Origin: Candidatus Poseidoniales archaeon
GTDB taxonomy: Archaea; Thermoplasmatota; Poseidoniia; MGIII; CG-Epi1
Direction of reading: 5' to 3'
Length of the DNA stretch: 64,000 nt
NCBI GenBank assembly: GCA_045567855.1
Contig: JBJLCC010000011.1
Coordinates: 2,680-66,679, forward strand
Shown here: in pieces, positions 25,820 to 35,028 of the stretch
Layout of the letters: the number at the start of each line of letters is the position of its first letter
Position numbering within the stretch: the first letter of the stretch is position 1
Position numbers and translations under genes: made by a program
The notes under the pieces: model-generated
The model's database searches: none
What the model saw: the letters and a program-made list of their open reading frames with translations, nothing else
Told to the model about the DNA's origin: nothing

Positions 25820-26722
25820 GTGACAATTGATATTAACAGACACAATAGCAAATTGTTTTGGTTTGATTTACAACCAAATGAGGAAAGAGAATTTATCACA
25901 ATTTATATAATAGTGGATGAGAAGATTACACTAATTGAGACCGGCCCGGCCTGCTCACACAAGAACCTAGTCGAGGGAATAAATAAAGCAGGGTTTACAC
26001 TATCAGATATAGATTTTATTGTTCCCACTCATATTCATCTGGATCATTTTGGCGGAGGAGGACATATAATGGAAGTTTGCGAGAATGCTAAAGCAGTAGT
26101 GCATCCAAATGCAGTATACCATGTTTCAAATGTAAATAAGTGGTGGTCAGGAAGTCTTGATTTTTTAGGAGATGTTGCTGAATTATACGGAGAGCCTTTG
26201 CCAATTCCTGAAGAAAGGATAATGTCTGCTGAAGATGGTTTTGAATTGGATTTAGGAGTGTCAATGTTGAATGCAATGCACACGCCAGGACATGCTCCAC
26301 ATCACATAACCTGGATACATAATAAGTCAGCCTTTGTTGGTGATTCCCTAGGCCTTTGGTATCCTGAAATAGATAAGGCATTTCCAGTTACTCCGGGATA
26401 TTATCGGCACGATTTAGCTTTACAAAGCATAAACTCTATGTCTAAATTAAATCTAGAGGAAATATTCTATACACATTTTGGACCAAGGCCAGCTACAGGA
26501 GCTTTTCAACAAACTCTCAATGAATTCCAGGCTTGGATGTCAATTGTCGAAGATGGAATTAATAAAAGTCTCAACTCAGAAGAAATATTAGATATTCTAT
26601 TTTTAACGCAAGACGGATTAAAGCTTACAGATATTAAGCACGGCATACATCAGAGAAACACTCATTTAGGCTCTGTTGAAGGGATGATGAGTTGCATTAA
26701 AAGAAAAAATGAGAAAAGCTAA
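25820..26722 (+). CDS. MBL-fold metallo-hydrolase
   Basis: HIHLDHFGG (HxHxDH) motif and a distal HTPGHAPHH. GTG start. Confidence 0.75.
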   Translation: MTIDINRHNSKLFWFDLQPNEEREFITIYIIVDEKITLIETGPACSHKNLVEGINKAGFTLSDIDFIVPTHIHLDHFGGGGHIMEVCENAKAVVHPNAVYHVSNVNKWWSGSLDFLGDVAELYGEPLPIPEERIMSAEDGFELDLGVSMLNAMHTPGHAPHHITWIHNKSAFVGDSLGLWYPEIDKAFPVTPGYYRHDLALQSINSMSKLNLEEIFYTHFGPRPATGAFQQTLNEFQAWMSIVEDGINKSLNSEEILDILFLTQDGLKLTDIKHGIHQRNTHLGSVEGMMSCIKRKNEKS

Positions 26723-27284
26723 TACAATTTCGGTAGTCGAATCATCGCCATTCCCTCATGTGGTAGTTGAAGACTTTCTAGATGATAGTACCTTAGATTT
26801 AGTGATAGATGCACTTGCAGGACTTGAGTACAGTTTTAGCGAATCCGATCTTTTTAGCTATTGGGCAAGCGTAAAATTAACTGATATTGATCATCCAGCA
26901 CTAGATGTTCTAAGGGAAGACTTAGGGGATAAATTATGGAGGAAAGCAGTTGCGGAAGCATTCCAAGTTTCTTTATTGTCACGAATAGATATGGCAGCAT
27001 ATGTGTATGGCCAGGGAGATTTTTTGCTACCGCACGATGATCAAGTTGAAAATAGAGTTATTGCTTACAGTTTACATTTAACTCCAGATTTAGAGGAACA
27101 GGATGGAGGTTCATTGGATCTTTTTGAAGGTAAGAAAGATGGCACTTCAAAGTTAGTTAAGAGAATAATTCCCAAATTCAATTCGTTGAATTTGTTTGAG
27201 GTCTCTGAAACTTCTTGGCATCAAGTTAGCGAAATTTTAACCGATATTCAACGATTAACTCTTACAGGATGGTATCATGTCTGA
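26709..27284 (+). CDS. 2OG-Fe(II) oxygenase, Tpa1/Ofd1/OGFOD1-like prolyl hydroxylase fold
   Basis: GDFLLPHDDQ (HxD) together with the distal SWHQV His, and an N-terminal FPHVVVEDFL. Confidence 0.65.
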   Translation: MRKANTISVVESSPFPHVVVEDFLDDSTLDLVIDALAGLEYSFSESDLFSYWASVKLTDIDHPALDVLREDLGDKLWRKAVAEAFQVSLLSRIDMAAYVYGQGDFLLPHDDQVENRVIAYSLHLTPDLEEQDGGSLDLFEGKKDGTSKLVKRIIPKFNSLNLFEVSETSWHQVSEILTDIQRLTLTGWYHV

Positions 27285-27831
27285 GATAAATCATTACTAT
27301 TTGGAAAAGCCTACATTGTCTAATCTTAACCGAATATTTGGTTCGGCAGATATTCCTTTTATTCGTTTATCCAAATTTTTATCTAATGAAGAAGTAAATC
27401 GGAAAGTTGAACTAAAAAGGGACGAAAAGATAGGTTTTTACAGAAGAGATATTTGCTCAGCATATCTCGGTGATTTTTGGAAATCAAAAGATTTCCTTAG
27501 TTTCTTAGAAGCAGGAACGGGGTTAACACTCAAATTTCGATCGTCACAAGGCCAAGTTTACAGTCCTGGAGATTATTCGCTCCTACATTCTGAAGAGTTT
27601 GAAAAGAAAAGATTAGTAGTAGTTTATGATTTAACAAATAGTTGGAATGTTGAATGGGGTGGACATGATATCTATACTTCACCAGACAAGGATCCCTTGA
27701 TCTGCAACAGAGATTCTGGAACATTGATGCTAACTTTAATGGATGAAGGAGACTACTCTTGTACAAGATATGTTAGTTTGAAATCCGATTCTAAGGTTGT
27801 TATTGACAAAGTAATTTTCGACTTAAAATAG
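27277..27831 (+). CDS. second double-stranded beta-helix protein, likely non-catalytic (Ofd1 C-terminal-domain-like)
   Basis: GDYSLLHSEEFEKKRLVVVYDLT aligns by eye with GDFLLPHDDQVENRVIAYSLHLT of the upstream protein, but I find no distal His. It overlaps the upstream gene by 8 nt. Confidence 0.5.
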   Translation: MSEINHYYLEKPTLSNLNRIFGSADIPFIRLSKFLSNEEVNRKVELKRDEKIGFYRRDICSAYLGDFWKSKDFLSFLEAGTGLTLKFRSSQGQVYSPGDYSLLHSEEFEKKRLVVVYDLTNSWNVEWGGHDIYTSPDKDPLICNRDSGTLMLTLMDEGDYSCTRYVSLKSDSKVVIDKVIFDLK

Positions 27832-27857
27832 TTACTTATTTTTGAGTACCTACGCTG

Positions 27858-27866
27858 TTTTTATAT
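27858..27866 (+). promoter_or_regulatory. TATA-like box plus AGGAG Shine-Dalgarno (27889-27893) ahead of the riboflavin operon
   Basis: tttttatat lies about 35-40 nt upstream of the TTG start at 27900, and aggag lies 6 nt upstream of that TTG. Confidence 0.35.
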
Positions 27867-27899
27867 CACACATACAAAATTATCATTTAGGAGATTATT

Positions 27900-28607
27900 T
27901 TGTCTAACTCAATTAACCTTGAAAAAATTAAGATGGAAATACTTAGTGGCAATCCAATTTTTGTTTTTGATGAAGAGGGAAGAGAATCTGAAACGGATAT
28001 TTTCTTTTATGCTAAATCAGTTACGAGTGATAATTTACATTATTTGAGAAAAAACGGTGGAGGCATGATATTTTTGGCCTCAGATTACTCCATTTCGATG
28101 AAGTTAGGGATTCCTTTTATGGAAGAAATATATCAGGCAGCGTTCTCCAATTCAAAGAATTTTACCATATTAGAGATAATGAAAAACCATTCATTACCTT
28201 ACACAAAGTCTAAATCTTCATTTTCTATTTTTATTAATCATAAGGACACTTTTACAGGAATAACTGACGATGATCGCTCCCTAACAGCACGCTCATTTTC
28301 AGAAGTTTTTGAACAAGCTGAAACCATTAGTGCTGAAGAATCAAGGAATATCATGGGAAATTCATTCAGGAGTCCAGGTCATGTACCAATTTGTATATCT
28401 GCCTCGAATGGGCTCTCTGAGAGGCAAGGGCACACAGAGTTAATAACAGAATTATTTAAAAAAATGAGTCTAACTCCTGTTGCGTTAGGTTGTGAAATGG
28501 TTTCTAAATCCGGTAAATCTCTAACGCGTTTAGAAGCAGAGATGTTTGCAAAAGATAATGGATATTTATTTCTAGAGGGTCAACATATCAAAGAGGTATG
28601 TCTGTGA
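27900..28607 (+). CDS. ribB: 3,4-dihydroxy-2-butanone 4-phosphate synthase
   Basis: FDEEGRESETDIFF and RQGHTELITEL motifs, plus the rib operon context. TTG start supported by the SD. Confidence 0.75.
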   Translation: MSNSINLEKIKMEILSGNPIFVFDEEGRESETDIFFYAKSVTSDNLHYLRKNGGGMIFLASDYSISMKLGIPFMEEIYQAAFSNSKNFTILEIMKNHSLPYTKSKSSFSIFINHKDTFTGITDDDRSLTARSFSEVFEQAETISAEESRNIMGNSFRSPGHVPICISASNGLSERQGHTELITELFKKMSLTPVALGCEMVSKSGKSLTRLEAEMFAKDNGYLFLEGQHIKEVCL

Positions 28608-29044
28608 AAGTTGTAGCCACTGGGGTTTTTGATATAATTCATATAGGTCATGCCCATTTTTTGAATGCGGCCAAAGAGCACGGTGATCATTTAACAGTTA
28701 TTGTAGCCAATGATGGTACAGTCAGGAAGATGAAAGGGGAGCCTATTTTATCAGATAGAAGGCGTTCAGAAGTAGTTTTTCAACTTAAACCAGTAGATGA
28801 AGTAGTGATAGGGAGAACAGGAAATATGCTCGATATTATCGTTGAGGACATAAAGCCTGACGTCATTGCCCTAGGTTTCGATCAACGTTTATTTACAACT
28901 AAAGAATTAACAGCTAAATTACTGGAAAGGGGTTTAGAAGTTAAGGTAGTCCGACTTGAAGAAATGGAGCAAGACTTGGCAGGTTCACGTAAAATAATTT
29001 CTAAAATATTAAAGATATATAGGAAAAAATACAGTTCTGAATAA
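28598..29044 (+). CDS. ribL: FAD synthetase, archaeal RibL-type cytidylyltransferase-fold
   Basis: VVATGVFDIIHIGHAHFL (HxGH nucleotidyltransferase motif), 148 aa, embedded in the rib operon. Confidence 0.7.
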   Translation: MSVKVVATGVFDIIHIGHAHFLNAAKEHGDHLTVIVANDGTVRKMKGEPILSDRRRSEVVFQLKPVDEVVIGRTGNMLDIIVEDIKPDVIALGFDQRLFTTKELTAKLLERGLEVKVVRLEEMEQDLAGSRKIISKILKIYRKKYSSE

Positions 29045-29658
29045 TGGTTTTTACAGGAATAGTACAAGAAAAAGCGAAAGTCACCAGCATTGAAAAATCT
29101 CAAGATTTTTCCAGTATTCGAATAGAAGCAAGTTTAGATTTTGTAGAAGGAATTAAAATTGGAGCAAGTGTTTCAATTGACGGCGTTTGTTTAACAGTTA
29201 CTTCAATAGAAGATAATAGTCTGACTTTCGATGTTATTGTAGAAACCTTAAGAGTTACTACTTTATCAAATTTAGAGAAGTCAGACTTAGTAAATTTAGA
29301 AAGAGCAGCACGTTTTGGGGATGAAATTGGCGGACATATTATTTCGGGTCATGTTTCTGGAATCGTAAAAATATCAAGAATAGAGAGTACAACTAATAAT
29401 CATATCCTTTCTTTTAAAACAAGTAGTGATTTGATAAAATATATTTTCCCAAAAGGATATGTATCATTAAACGGAATAAGTTTAACTATTGGAGAGGTAA
29501 ACAGAGTAGACAATACTTTCACAGTTTATTTAATTCCTGAAACGCTAAGAATTACAACTATGCAAGATAAGAATATTGGAGATATGATTAATTTAGAAAT
29601 TGAAACGCAAACCAAAAATACGGTTGATTTAATAACTGAAATGCAGGTGAAAAAATAA
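29044..29658 (+). CDS. ribE: riboflavin synthase, bacterial/eukaryotic two-barrel type
   Basis: MVFTGIVQE N-terminus and two internal repeats (GASVSIDGVCLTV and YVSLNGISLTI). Confidence 0.85.
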   Translation: MVFTGIVQEKAKVTSIEKSQDFSSIRIEASLDFVEGIKIGASVSIDGVCLTVTSIEDNSLTFDVIVETLRVTTLSNLEKSDLVNLERAARFGDEIGGHIISGHVSGIVKISRIESTTNNHILSFKTSSDLIKYIFPKGYVSLNGISLTIGEVNRVDNTFTVYLIPETLRITTMQDKNIGDMINLEIETQTKNTVDLITEMQVKK

Positions 29659-30062
29659 TGGCAAAGTCAGTAGCAATTGTAGCAGGCAGTTATCATAAAG
29701 ATAAAGTAGAAAAAATGGTTGAAATAGTTAAATCAATGTCTTCTGAAAACAATCTGTTAATTGAAGAAATATGCTGGGTTCCAGGTTCAATGGAACTTCC
29801 GTTACAGATTAAGCGCTTATTACTTAGAGAGTCAATTCAAGGAATAATAGTTTTAGGAATTATTGAAAAAGGAGAGACTGACCATGGCTTAGTTATGGGT
29901 CAGGCAGTTACTAAATCAATCATAGACTTGCAGTTACTTTCAATGAAGCCAATAGGATTTGGGATAATAGGTCCAGGTGCAGAAGAAGAACAAATTGATA
30001 AAAGAGTAGAAGTTCATGCTAGGCAGGCAGTGTTAGCAGTTTCAGAAATGTTATTTAATTGA
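29658..30062 (+). CDS. ribH: 6,7-dimethyl-8-ribityllumazine synthase
   Basis: 134 aa of archaeal length, VAIVAGSYHKD...VPGSMELP motifs, and TAATG coupling to ribE. Confidence 0.8.
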   Translation: MAKSVAIVAGSYHKDKVEKMVEIVKSMSSENNLLIEEICWVPGSMELPLQIKRLLLRESIQGIIVLGIIEKGETDHGLVMGQAVTKSIIDLQLLSMKPIGFGIIGPGAEEEQIDKRVEVHARQAVLAVSEMLFN

Positions 30063-32679
30063 ATTTCTTTTTTATTTTCCAATTACTCATTTTATATTTT
30101 TCTATCATATAGTGGAGCGCATGGTAGAAGCTTGGTAGGGCAAAAACAGCCATTAAAAGAGAGAATAGAACGAGTGTAATAATTAGTGCGAAGAAATTCC
30201 TTAATCCAATGAATTGACTACTAAAGAAGGAAATTAGAACTCCAGAGAATACACCTCCCATTGTGGTAAATGTCGCTTCTACAACTGATTGCCCTGTATT
30301 TTCAACAGCTTTTTGTATTCCTTCAGGAGAAGTACCTTCTTCTCTTACCCTTTCAGTAATTTGAATTGAATTATCAATACCAATTCCGATAATAATGGTT
30401 CCAACCATCGCGGTAAAAATATTTAGATTAGTTCCTCCAGCATCAACTGTAGCTGGATACCATAGAATCACCAACAAAATAGGTAGAAAAGTAATCACTC
30501 CGAATTTAACGGAACTAAAAATCACAATCATTGTTATCAAAACTAAAAGTAAACTTAGCTTAATAGTGTCGAATTGAGTTTCTTGGATTCCTTCATTAAT
30601 TGCAATGCTTACAGGAGGTCCCCCGGTCAATTGAGACATTTGTGCATCATGGGCATGAATTTGTTTGTCTCTTAAGAATGCGATATCATCTATTTCATTA
30701 ACTAAGATTGTGGTGTCGTCAATATTGATGTATGGCATGCTAACATAGATTAGGGCCTTATCGTATTCATCAGTCAAAAGCATTGCTCGCATCTCATCAG
30801 TAAATGATTCGTAAAAAACATCAATCATATCACTTCTAAATTGTTCTCTATCATAAAATGGGAGTAAAACATCCACCCAGATATAGTCGTCTCCAAAAAA
30901 GTCACTGTGCAAGAAATCCCAGAAACTTCCATCAAATTCAAAAATAACATCTCCATCAGGGTCTTCTATAGCTATAGTAATGTGCGCAGATTTGAAAAAG
31001 TCCACAATAGAAAATGCTGAAACATTTATGAGTTCATTAGAATTTCGATTAGTAATAGATAAATTATTGATTTCACCTTGCGTCCAATTCATCACATCTA
31101 AAACATCTAAATCCTTTGCAGCAGGTTTTGTTCTGTCCTCAGGACCATTTATGAGTAATATTCCAGTCTGTCCAGCTTCAAATTTTTCTGAATATTCGCT
31201 TAACTTCTTTATTGAATCAATATCTTCAGGTGCAGATTCACTTCCTTTGATATCTTGATCCATAGCAGCAATTCTTGCAATAGAGTATGAAGTTGTTAGA
31301 AGAAGAACTAATAGAATCGCTTTCCACTGCTTTGTCGATAAGACAGCTATACTTTTCCACCCTTCTGATTTATGTCTAGAGTAATTAGTTAACTTCATAA
31401 TTGCAGGAGTCATACTAACCGTCAGAAAGAATGCACACATAACTCCAACAATCATAGTGAATCCAACCGTTCTCATTGGAGCAATTGGAGAAATGAAAAG
31501 AGCAGAAAAACCAATAGTATCAGTAACTGCACATAGAAAAGTTGCTTTTCCTGTTGTAAGTAATGCTAAAAATGTAGCTCTTGGCATCTTATTTCCTTCG
31601 TCTTTAAATTCAACAATCCGATTAGCTACGTGCAATCCATAGTCAACCCCAATTCCTACCAAAATTGGTCCGGCAGCTACAATCATTGGAGTCAGAACCA
31701 CTCCAGACAAATTTACGATCCCAAGAGTCCAAATTAGAGCACAAAATATTGGAAGTAAAACCACAGGTATAGCTAACCAATTCCTGTGAAAAAATAACAT
31801 CATCGCGATAACTATTCCTAATGAAATAGGTAGCATCGTTAGTAAATCATCATACAATCTAGCAGTTACTTCGTGTAATACAACTACAAGGCCAGTTTGA
31901 GTCATGTCAGTTCTAGCATTATATCTTTGATCAATATGATCCTGAATTTTAGCAATCATTTCCTCTTGTGAAGCATCATTATCTTCTCCCTGATATTTTA
32001 GAGCGAATAGAATTACTGCTGTGTCAATTATTTCATCGTTATTTGTGTCTATAGCAAAATTTTGTAGTGCTGAAGACGTACTATCAAAAATTTGGTCTAC
32101 TCTATCTTGGTCATCAGGTATATTATACGTACCAGTTAGATTTACAGTATCATCATCGTTTTGCTCAATGCTTAATCCACCAAATATTTTACCTTCGGTT
32201 GCTTCTATAAATCTAGCATTAGTTGAGTTAAATTCTTTGATTAGAGTAGAAATACTTAACGTAAAAATTATCCCGTCCTTATCTCCTCGATCGGCTTGAT
32301 ATGTTTCTAAATCTTCACTCTGTCCATACTTATCAATCGTATTTTCAAGAAGAGCAATTTCTTTCAAAGTAGGAACATATGTAATATTATCAACTACAAT
32401 ATCGTTAAAGACATTAGGATCATTAGCATTTCCAGTTTCAATATAGACAATGATTAGATCAGTTGCCCAATCTTGTCTAACTTCAATTAATATTTCTGTA
32501 GATTCCTCACCTTCAGGAAGATATACCTCTATATCTCTTGTCATATTTTCTTCGAAAGTTAGGGCCGATTGTAGAAGAAGAACAGTTATTAGACTGAGAA
32601 CAGTAACAGTGGCTACTGCATTCTTCAAAATTATATTAGTATAAATTTGCACTCCGTTCTCTAAAGCCTTTGTAATCAC
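30055..32679 (-). CDS. RND-superfamily/MMPL-like exporter (two 6-TM bundles, two large extracytoplasmic domains)
   Basis: 874 aa with duplicated TM blocks (GIGVDYGLHV... and GIGIDNSIQI...) typical of the COG1033-type RND/SSD exporters. Confidence 0.75.
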   Translation of the reverse strand: MITKALENGVQIYTNIILKNAVATVTVLSLITVLLLQSALTFEENMTRDIEVYLPEGEESTEILIEVRQDWATDLIIVYIETGNANDPNVFNDIVVDNITYVPTLKEIALLENTIDKYGQSEDLETYQADRGDKDGIIFTLSISTLIKEFNSTNARFIEATEGKIFGGLSIEQNDDDTVNLTGTYNIPDDQDRVDQIFDSTSSALQNFAIDTNNDEIIDTAVILFALKYQGEDNDASQEEMIAKIQDHIDQRYNARTDMTQTGLVVVLHEVTARLYDDLLTMLPISLGIVIAMMLFFHRNWLAIPVVLLPIFCALIWTLGIVNLSGVVLTPMIVAAGPILVGIGVDYGLHVANRIVEFKDEGNKMPRATFLALLTTGKATFLCAVTDTIGFSALFISPIAPMRTVGFTMIVGVMCAFFLTVSMTPAIMKLTNYSRHKSEGWKSIAVLSTKQWKAILLVLLLTTSYSIARIAAMDQDIKGSESAPEDIDSIKKLSEYSEKFEAGQTGILLINGPEDRTKPAAKDLDVLDVMNWTQGEINNLSITNRNSNELINVSAFSIVDFFKSAHITIAIEDPDGDVIFEFDGSFWDFLHSDFFGDDYIWVDVLLPFYDREQFRSDMIDVFYESFTDEMRAMLLTDEYDKALIYVSMPYINIDDTTILVNEIDDIAFLRDKQIHAHDAQMSQLTGGPPVSIAINEGIQETQFDTIKLSLLLVLITMIVIFSSVKFGVITFLPILLVILWYPATVDAGGTNLNIFTAMVGTIIIGIGIDNSIQITERVREEGTSPEGIQKAVENTGQSVVEATFTTMGGVFSGVLISFFSSQFIGLRNFFALIITLVLFSLLMAVFALPSFYHALHYMIEKYKMSNWKIKKKFN

Positions 32680-32714
32680 AAGTGCCCTATCGAGGCCTCA
32701 AAATAAATGTAATC

Positions 32715-34478
32715 TTAACTAGAATAGTAGTATTCTTTCTTACTTTTCTGTTCTCTGTCCAACCTTGAACCTGGCTTATTGACGCGAGGTCTGTGAGTAT
32801 TTTTATCACGCCTAAAAGTCACGTCCACTCTTTCCAAAAAGATATTCATTCCTTCTCTCATTTTGTAAGGTCCTTCTACAATTCCTTTATTTCCAGGATC
32901 TCCACCAAAGCATAATATCCCATCTGAAATATAATCTATAAAGTAAATATCATGATCTACAATAAGAGCTGATTTACCTCTGTTCTCCATGAACCTTCTA
33001 ATGGTTTTAGCAGTTACCATTCTTTGATTTGCATCAAGATATGCAGATGGTTCATCTAGCAAATATAGATCAGCTTCCTTGAGTAAACATTCAGCGACAG
33101 CAACACGTTGTAACTCCCCTCCTGATAGAGTTTGCATTTCTCTTTCTAGTAGAGGTTCCAAATTCAGGGGCCGATTTAGTTCAGTACTAAATGTATGCTC
33201 ATCATAACCTTCAACGGATTGTAATAAATCTTGAACAATTCTTCCTTCCTGAATATCAATGTATTGAGGCTTGTATGATACAGCTATTTCGCTTTCAATT
33301 TCACCTTCATCAGGTTCCAAATCTCCAGCTAGCATTTTAACAAATGTTGTTTTACCTGTAGCATTTGCTCCCACTACTCCCAAAACTTGACCACTTAGCA
33401 GTTCACCGGCTTTTGCTTCAAGGCTAAAACTACCTAATTTCTTCGATAATTTCGGCCATTGAACAAGCCTTAGCCCCTCCCACCCTGTTCTTGGCGGGTG
33501 CTCTAAGAATTTAATTGGTTTATCTCTTATTCTAACATTTTGTTCTACAAGATAACCTTCGATATATGCATTAATTGCCTTGCGTGTTGTTCTAGCAGGA
33601 GTAAATATTCCAAATGCTCCCTTTTTACCATAAACTATGTGAGTTAGGTCTGCAATCACATCTAAAACTGCTAAATCGTGTTCAATTACGATTACTCTTG
33701 CAGATTCAGATAGCTCTTGGATTATTCTCACAATCCTCATTCTCTCGTATATGTCAAGATAAGAAGAAGGCTCATCAAAGAAGTAAACGTCAGCTTTTTT
33801 TAGTAAAGTTGCACAAATTGCAACTCTTTGTAATTCACCGCCAGATAATTGATCTAGATTTCTTTCCAAAAGATGTCCTAATCCAAACTTTTCAATCATT
33901 TCATCGTATAATCCTCTTTCATTTACAGAAGAAAGGAGCTTACCTACATTTCCTTTGAAAGCCTTGGGAATATGATCTACATATTGGGGTTTCAATGCCA
34001 CCTTAACAGTAGATTCATTTAATTCAGCTAGAAAGTCTCTCAATTCTCCGCGTGGTAATGTTTCAATTACATCTTCCCACAAACATTCATCAGATTCAAA
34101 TTCACCAAGATTCGGAATTATCGTTCCGTTCAAAATATTAAATGCAGTAGATTTGCCCATCCCATTAGGTCCTAAAATTCCGATTATAGATTCTTTTGAC
34201 GGAGTAGGTAATCTAAATAGTCTAAAACCATTGAGAGAATATCTGTGAATCATATCAGTTTCTAATTCTTCAGGAAGATTGATCACTTTTACAGCATCAC
34301 CAGGACAATTTTTAGCCCTCATCAGGCAGGGTGGGCAAGCATCCTCTAAAATCTTACATTTATCATTCTCGTCAACTTGTATGCACTCGGCACCGCAAGA
34401 TCCTGCATACTTCTGTAAATATTCAAAGGCAGGGCTATTTGGTTTGCATTTGTCTTCAAATAGGACAGCAATTCTCAT
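32715..34478 (-). CDS. ABCE1 / RNase L inhibitor-type ribosome recycling ATPase
   Basis: N-terminal Fe-S Cys clusters (RIAVLFEDKCKP...CGAEC...CPPCLMRAKNCP), two Walker A motifs (GPNGMGKST, GANATGKTT) and two LSGGELQR signatures. The start is taken at MRIAV (34478). Confidence 0.9.
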   Translation of the reverse strand: MRIAVLFEDKCKPNSPAFEYLQKYAGSCGAECIQVDENDKCKILEDACPPCLMRAKNCPGDAVKVINLPEELETDMIHRYSLNGFRLFRLPTPSKESIIGILGPNGMGKSTAFNILNGTIIPNLGEFESDECLWEDVIETLPRGELRDFLAELNESTVKVALKPQYVDHIPKAFKGNVGKLLSSVNERGLYDEMIEKFGLGHLLERNLDQLSGGELQRVAICATLLKKADVYFFDEPSSYLDIYERMRIVRIIQELSESARVIVIEHDLAVLDVIADLTHIVYGKKGAFGIFTPARTTRKAINAYIEGYLVEQNVRIRDKPIKFLEHPPRTGWEGLRLVQWPKLSKKLGSFSLEAKAGELLSGQVLGVVGANATGKTTFVKMLAGDLEPDEGEIESEIAVSYKPQYIDIQEGRIVQDLLQSVEGYDEHTFSTELNRPLNLEPLLEREMQTLSGGELQRVAVAECLLKEADLYLLDEPSAYLDANQRMVTAKTIRRFMENRGKSALIVDHDIYFIDYISDGILCFGGDPGNKGIVEGPYKMREGMNIFLERVDVTFRRDKNTHRPRVNKPGSRLDREQKSKKEYYYSS

Positions 34479-34590
34479 TTTTCCGGTGTTGTTGAAAGAC
34501 TTAGTCTTGTCGTATTTCCTTTTTACAATGCGACTAATTAAAATCATATGGTCATCCAAAGATACTTTTGTCCCCCTTTAATGGGATGTT

Positions 34591-35028
34591 GTGCGAATAA
34601 AATTTACACTTCCAGGAAAGCCGGTAGCTCAGGGTCGCCCTCGTTTTTATCGCAAAGGAAAATTTGTAGTCGCAACGGATCCTAAACCTAGTAAAGTCTA
34701 CAAAGCAGATATCGCATATATTGCTCAGAGAGCCCGAGAGGAAGCAGGAATAGTAGGCCTTTTCGAAGGCCCGCTAGGGATGGAAATTTTTGCATATTTC
34801 CCTTGTCCTAAAAGTAAATGGAGAGTAAAAGTACCTAGAACAGAAGAACATCACGCGAAAAGGCCCGATGCCGATAATTTAGCTAAGTCAGTAAAAGATG
34901 GGCTAAGTGGAGTGTTGTATCATGACGACGGGCAAATATCGGAATTAGTAGTTAGAAAAAGGATTGCAGCTCAAGGTGACGGACCTAGAATTGAAGTTGA
35001 GTTATACAAATTGGAGCCATTAGAATGA
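34591..35028 (+). CDS. rusA: RusA-family Holliday junction resolvase
   Basis: PGKPVAQGRPRF...KRPDADNLAKSVKDGLSGVLYHDDGQI is the RusA signature. GTG start, and the stop overlaps the folD start (ATGA). Confidence 0.75.
   Translation: MRIKFTLPGKPVAQGRPRFYRKGKFVVATDPKPSKVYKADIAYIAQRAREEAGIVGLFEGPLGMEIFAYFPCPKSKWRVKVPRTEEHHAKRPDADNLAKSVKDGLSGVLYHDDGQISELVVRKRIAAQGDGPRIEVELYKLEPLE

Noticed and set aside
27832-27899. FMN riboswitch upstream of ribB
   Set aside because: The intergenic region is only 68 nt and is AT-rich. It has none of the conserved FMN-element helices that I can recognise, and it is better explained as a TATA box plus SD.
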